Shown here one piece after another: positions 60,038 to 64,000 of a DNA stretch of 64,000 nt. The notes under the pieces were generated by a model, which worked only from the letters and a program-made list of their open reading frames with translations, ran no database searches and had not been told where the DNA came from. The stretch covers positions 9,468,761 to 9,532,760 of the forward strand of contig SMSO01000031.1 in NCBI GenBank assembly GCA_004764695.1, read 5' to 3'. The number at the start of each line of letters is the position of its first letter. Position 1 is the stretch's first letter. The DNA is from Schizochytrium sp. TIO01 (taxonomy: Eukaryota; Protista; Bigyra: Labyrinthulomycetes). The position numbers and the translations under genes are program-made.

Positions 60038-62512
60038 ATGGGTGCACCGATTTTTGCTTTTCAATTGCTGCGGGCTGTTCTTAAGGTTGCCAATGTGGAG
60101 ACCTGGCTGCTCAGCCCGCTCCTGCTCATTGGCGTGCTTATGATCATCGGTGCCATCTTTGCAGGAAGTGTGGGCGGTAGGCTCATTCTGATTATCATTG
60201 CACTTGCGTGCCTTGGCTCATTCCTATACCTTTATCTTCGGGTACGAACATTCCCAGAGATACCAGACGATGACGACGTCGACCGAGTTCTCAAGGATGA
60301 TCCAGCGGCCTATCCAAAAGCCCCGGCCCAATTGCGTCGTGGCGAGCTCCTTTGTGATGGCAACAAATGGTTTCGAGATCGCTACGGTCGTCGTGTTATT
60401 CCGCGCGGTGTCAATCTCGCAGGTGGGAGTAAAATGCCCACACATCCCCTCGGTTTTACGCACTTAACTAAGGGCTTCTTCGACTGGGAACACGTAACTT
60501 TCCGTGATCGCCCATTTCCTCTCTCCGAAGGTCGAGAGCATCTTGCACGTCTTCGTTGCTGGGGATACACGTTCTTGAGATTTCTTGTTACCTGGGAGGC
60601 TGTAGAGCATGCTGGCCCCGGGAAATACGATGAGGATTATCTTTCATACCTCCGCGACGTCATTTCGCTCTGTGACGAGTTCAATATCTCTGTCTTTATT
60701 GATTTTCATCAAGATGTATGGAGTCGCTGGACAGGCGGTGATGGAGCACCTGCATGGACTCTCCTGAAATGCGGCTTTCACCTTGAAAAACTCGACGCCA
60801 GTGCAGCAGCGACAACCAAGCAGTCGTTTGGTGGTGCAAAGTACCCCAAAATGCTCTGGAACTCCAATCACCAACGTCTTGGCCCCGGCACCATGTGGAC
60901 CCTGTTTTTTGCTGGAAATGATTTTGCCCCTAAGACCATGGTGGATGGCGAACCTGTCCAAGAGTACCTTCAGTCCCGTTTTGCTGCCGCAGTAGCCAAG
61001 GTTGCCGAAACCCTGAAGGATGCACGTAATGTTGTGGGCTTTGATATTCTTAACGAGCCCTCGAATGGCTACGTTGGTATTAAAGACGCCACCGATATTT
61101 CTGATAATGCGTTTTACATGGGAGCTCGTGTCGCACCATGGGATGCTATGCGTCTTGGTGCTGGTATGACCCTGGATGTACCGTACTTTAAATCATTCCT
61201 TATGTATGCTGGAACACGGAAGTTAAACAAGCACAACGCCTGTGCTTGGACAGAGGGCCCCGCAAGCTGTGTTTGGTACCAGAATGGCGTATGGGAAATG
61301 GATAGCAATGGTGAACCAACGCTTCTCAAAAAGGATTATTTCGCCGTGAACCCCAAGACCGGCGAGCCGATTGACTTCCTTGCCGATTATGCCATTCCGT
61401 TCTGGAAGCGAGTTGCTAAGAGTATTCGGGAGCACATTCCGGATGCTATTATTTTTGCTGAACCTGTTCTCGACTTGGCTGACTTTGGTCAGGTTGATGC
61501 CCCGAAACTTAGTGACGAGGATGTTGGAGCCGGTTATGTATGGGCAAAACATTGGTATGATGGTATCACGCTTATGTCAAAACATTTCTCAAGGTATTTT
61601 GGCTTGGATTCTCTGCGCATGATACCGCTTCTGGGTCTTGAGCGCATCTATGCAGGCCATGGTAATTCGATGAAAGAGCTGGCCAAAGAATCATCTGAGC
61701 TTGGTTCTCGTGGTAGCCCTGTGCTCATTGGGGAGGTCGGTGTTCCCTTTGATATGAAGGAAGGCGAGTCCATTCGCAAAAATGAGCTCGGTGAGATCAC
61801 ATGCGCATGGAATGCTTCTTTGCGAGCTCTCGAACACTCAACTCTGGCGTTCACATTGTGGAACTACTCCCCTCAAAACACCCACGAGCACGGCGATAAC
61901 TGGAATGGAGAAGATCTCAGTATTTTCTCCCTGGACCACATCCATGACCCGGAGGATCTTCATTCTGGAGGTCGCGCTCTTCATGCTGTGATTCGCCCAT
62001 ATCCATTCTTGGTACCTGGTGACCCGATCAAATGCCGCTTTGATCCATACTCTCGCGATCGACACTTCTACTTCTCCTTTAAAGGGGATCCATTGCTGGC
62101 AGTCAATGAGGTTGTACTCTTTGTGCCCAAGTATCACTATCCCCGCGGTGTCGATGTGTATGTCAGTGATGGAACTTATGGAATTGATTGGGAGAAGCAA
62201 ACTCTGTACTGGCGTTACAATCAGGATTCGTCTCAAAAACACTGGATCACCCTTCGCAAGGTGCTTCCACCTCAACCCAAGTCTCAGGATAGCGCTACTT
62301 CATTTGATCTTGAGCAAGCCGCAATGCAGGAGGAGTGTGGAGACTCATCTGAAGACGACAAGAAAAAGGAGATCGAAATGAAGGAGCAAAACGCCAGTGG
62401 CAATCGGTCCACCCGGGTGCGATCTTCTTCCTCAGAATCTCAAGATGCCGACTCGGCACTCAAAGTTGTGCAGAGCTTCGATCTTGAGTCACAAACTTCC
62501 CTGCGGAAGTGA
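60038..62512 (+). CDS. GH5 endoglycoceramidase-related protein (EGCrP-type glucosylceramidase / steryl-beta-glucosidase) with N-terminal TM helices
   Basis: RGVNLAG, LRFLVTWEAVEHAGPGKYD, IDFHQDVWSR..GGDGAP, acid/base ILNEP, nucleophile LIGEVGVPFD, LWNY...GDNWNGEDLSIF, and RPYP before a C-terminal beta domain. Confidence 0.92.
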   Translation: MGAPIFAFQLLRAVLKVANVETWLLSPLLLIGVLMIIGAIFAGSVGGRLILIIIALACLGSFLYLYLRVRTFPEIPDDDDVDRVLKDDPAAYPKAPAQLRRGELLCDGNKWFRDRYGRRVIPRGVNLAGGSKMPTHPLGFTHLTKGFFDWEHVTFRDRPFPLSEGREHLARLRCWGYTFLRFLVTWEAVEHAGPGKYDEDYLSYLRDVISLCDEFNISVFIDFHQDVWSRWTGGDGAPAWTLLKCGFHLEKLDASAAATTKQSFGGAKYPKMLWNSNHQRLGPGTMWTLFFAGNDFAPKTMVDGEPVQEYLQSRFAAAVAKVAETLKDARNVVGFDILNEPSNGYVGIKDATDISDNAFYMGARVAPWDAMRLGAGMTLDVPYFKSFLMYAGTRKLNKHNACAWTEGPASCVWYQNGVWEMDSNGEPTLLKKDYFAVNPKTGEPIDFLADYAIPFWKRVAKSIREHIPDAIIFAEPVLDLADFGQVDAPKLSDEDVGAGYVWAKHWYDGITLMSKHFSRYFGLDSLRMIPLLGLERIYAGHGNSMKELAKESSELGSRGSPVLIGEVGVPFDMKEGESIRKNELGEITCAWNASLRALEHSTLAFTLWNYSPQNTHEHGDNWNGEDLSIFSLDHIHDPEDLHSGGRALHAVIRPYPFLVPGDPIKCRFDPYSRDRHFYFSFKGDPLLAVNEVVLFVPKYHYPRGVDVYVSDGTYGIDWEKQTLYWRYNQDSSQKHWITLRKVLPPQPKSQDSATSFDLEQAAMQEECGDSSEDDKKKEIEMKEQNASGNRSTRVRSSSSESQDADSALKVVQSFDLESQTSLRK

Positions 62513-63597
62513 GTGCAGCTTTCCGTCACTGTTTATAGCGTTGGATTTGACCTCTTTACTGCTCCTGTATACTCAAGACGCAAAAGATACAAACCATGTG
62601 TTTTCCCGTCTTTCAGTTTGTCTATTCCTCGGTACTACTGCTCCTTGTTTAACTAGTTGAACGCTCGCTGCTAATCCCTCGAGCATCTATTGCTTCAAAT
62701 AAAACAATTCAAAGAACATTGTCAAACTATGCATTCTTACCTTTGGATCTACAAACTTGCTCGCTCATGACCTCCATCCAAGGACAAATTCTTTTATTGA
62801 AGTGGCCATGCTACCGTTCCTTCATAGCAAAGCAGCTATAACAGCTGCGTCAGGTCTTCAAGTCTTTATATGCCAAGCCTTGGTAATTCCAGGTTTGCTG
62901 CATCAAACTTTACGTCCATTCATGTACCCTGTAAGACACAAAGCCCTGCAGAGTCCTAGTAGCAAACTTTCATGTACCAGTATTTACAATTATATTGATC
63001 CCTTAGCGCCTATACAGGTACTTGGAATGAGCCCTAAAAGGCTTTCAGCGACTGTCGTTATCTGTGTCTGGGTTGGGAGAACTGCAGGTTTTTCCGTGAT
63101 CTTTCGTTATTCGCACCCAGCGTGCATATTCATGAACAGCGTCCAGGCCATCGATGGTGTGCGCGGAAAAAGGGTTGTGCAAAATGTTTTGTGTTGTGGG
63201 TGGGAGAACAACTCCCACCGCAAGTTCACACGTGCTATGCGAATCGCCGAAACCATACGCTCTGACGGGAAGAATACCTATGTGGTGTCTGTGATCGGTG
63301 GAGCTAGTTTCTCAGCACACCCGGAGATAAATGCCAATAGCACTCTGCGATATTTAGAATAACCCCTGCGGAAAAAGACGAGATACTTGCTTGCAGTTTG
63401 GCACGTGCCTGCTGGTTCAATATTACTAGGAGGAATAACCAAAGTAGTCTCCAAGAGGAAGTAAAAAGTCTTCAGGTTGTGGTGCGTCAAGCAAACCTGT
63501 ACACAAAGACGTACCAGAGACATTTCAGTCCTGACAGCGGGCGCGTCGAGGTGCCTGTGTGAAGTGCGCTGCGGTACTGAAGAAGTTGCAAAAGGTA

Positions 63598-64000
63598 ATG
63601 CGGCGGTCGAGACGAACTCAAAGCGCTGGCAATGGAGGTCATGCTGACGACAACGATGACGACAGGGATATCGCTGGGAGAGTAACTCCGTATGTGGACT
63701 TTGATCTTGAAGAGCCAACATATGAGGATGACGGAGATATTGAACAAGGGAATGCAAGACGGAGGTCAGGTTCTAGGTCAGATGGAGATACCTACGACGA
63801 TTCATCATATGTACCGGAGTATTCCCAAAAAAACTTATTTGCGGCGTCAGACGATTTAGGCCTCACGAAACACCCGGCATCAGCACCTGGTGACACTGGT
63901 CGAGGACGCAGCCGAAGTGCAGACTTTGTGATGGGACATACTGAAAAGGGATCGGGTGATGACAGTGCGGATTCTAAAAAGGCAAATCCCCAAAAGAGAC
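63598..64000 (+). CDS. 5' part of an unknown gene (disordered acidic/Arg-Ser N-terminus) running off the window
   Basis: From the ATG at 63598 the frame stays open to the edge: MRRSRRTQSAGNGGHADDNDDDRDIAGRVTPYVDFDLEEPTYEDDG... It is missing from the ORF track because it has no stop in the window. Confidence 0.6.
   Translation, partial: MRRSRRTQSAGNGGHADDNDDDRDIAGRVTPYVDFDLEEPTYEDDGDIEQGNARRRSGSRSDGDTYDDSSYVPEYSQKNLFAASDDLGLTKHPASAPGDTGRGRSRSADFVMGHTEKGSGDDSADSKKANPQKR

Noticed and set aside
62757-63362. 201-aa ORF downstream of GH5
   Set aside because: It has a non-ATG start, no recognisable domain and no host-like codon bias; it is probably intergenic.

Overview
This is eukaryotic, intron-poor genomic DNA, most likely from a thraustochytrid or other labyrinthulomycete stramenopile. 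That is an inference from the single-exon genes, strong C/G-ending codon bias in some genes, tetranucleotide microsatellites and gene content. About 11 real genes are present: a partial MFS transporter, a WDR44-like WD40 protein, a Nudix hydrolase head-to-head with a protease-less Lon-like AAA+ protein, PIMT, a greatly elongated homologue of the Dictyostelium Ca2+-regulated actin-bundling protein ABP34, two tandem peroxisomal isocitrate lyases, a CaaX-anchored protein with three unusual C3H zinc-finger-like repeats, a GH5 EGCrP-type glycolipid hydrolase, and the start of a gene running off the right edge. Two AT-rich blocks (about 2-4 kb and 32.7-38 kb) hold decayed BTB/POZ gene copies with possible SPRY-like pieces, and about 6.1-7.2 kb looks like an eroded LTR-retrotransposon remnant. 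The two most codon-biased genes share a 23/25-nt upstream element. I found no rRNA, tRNA or CRISPR array.
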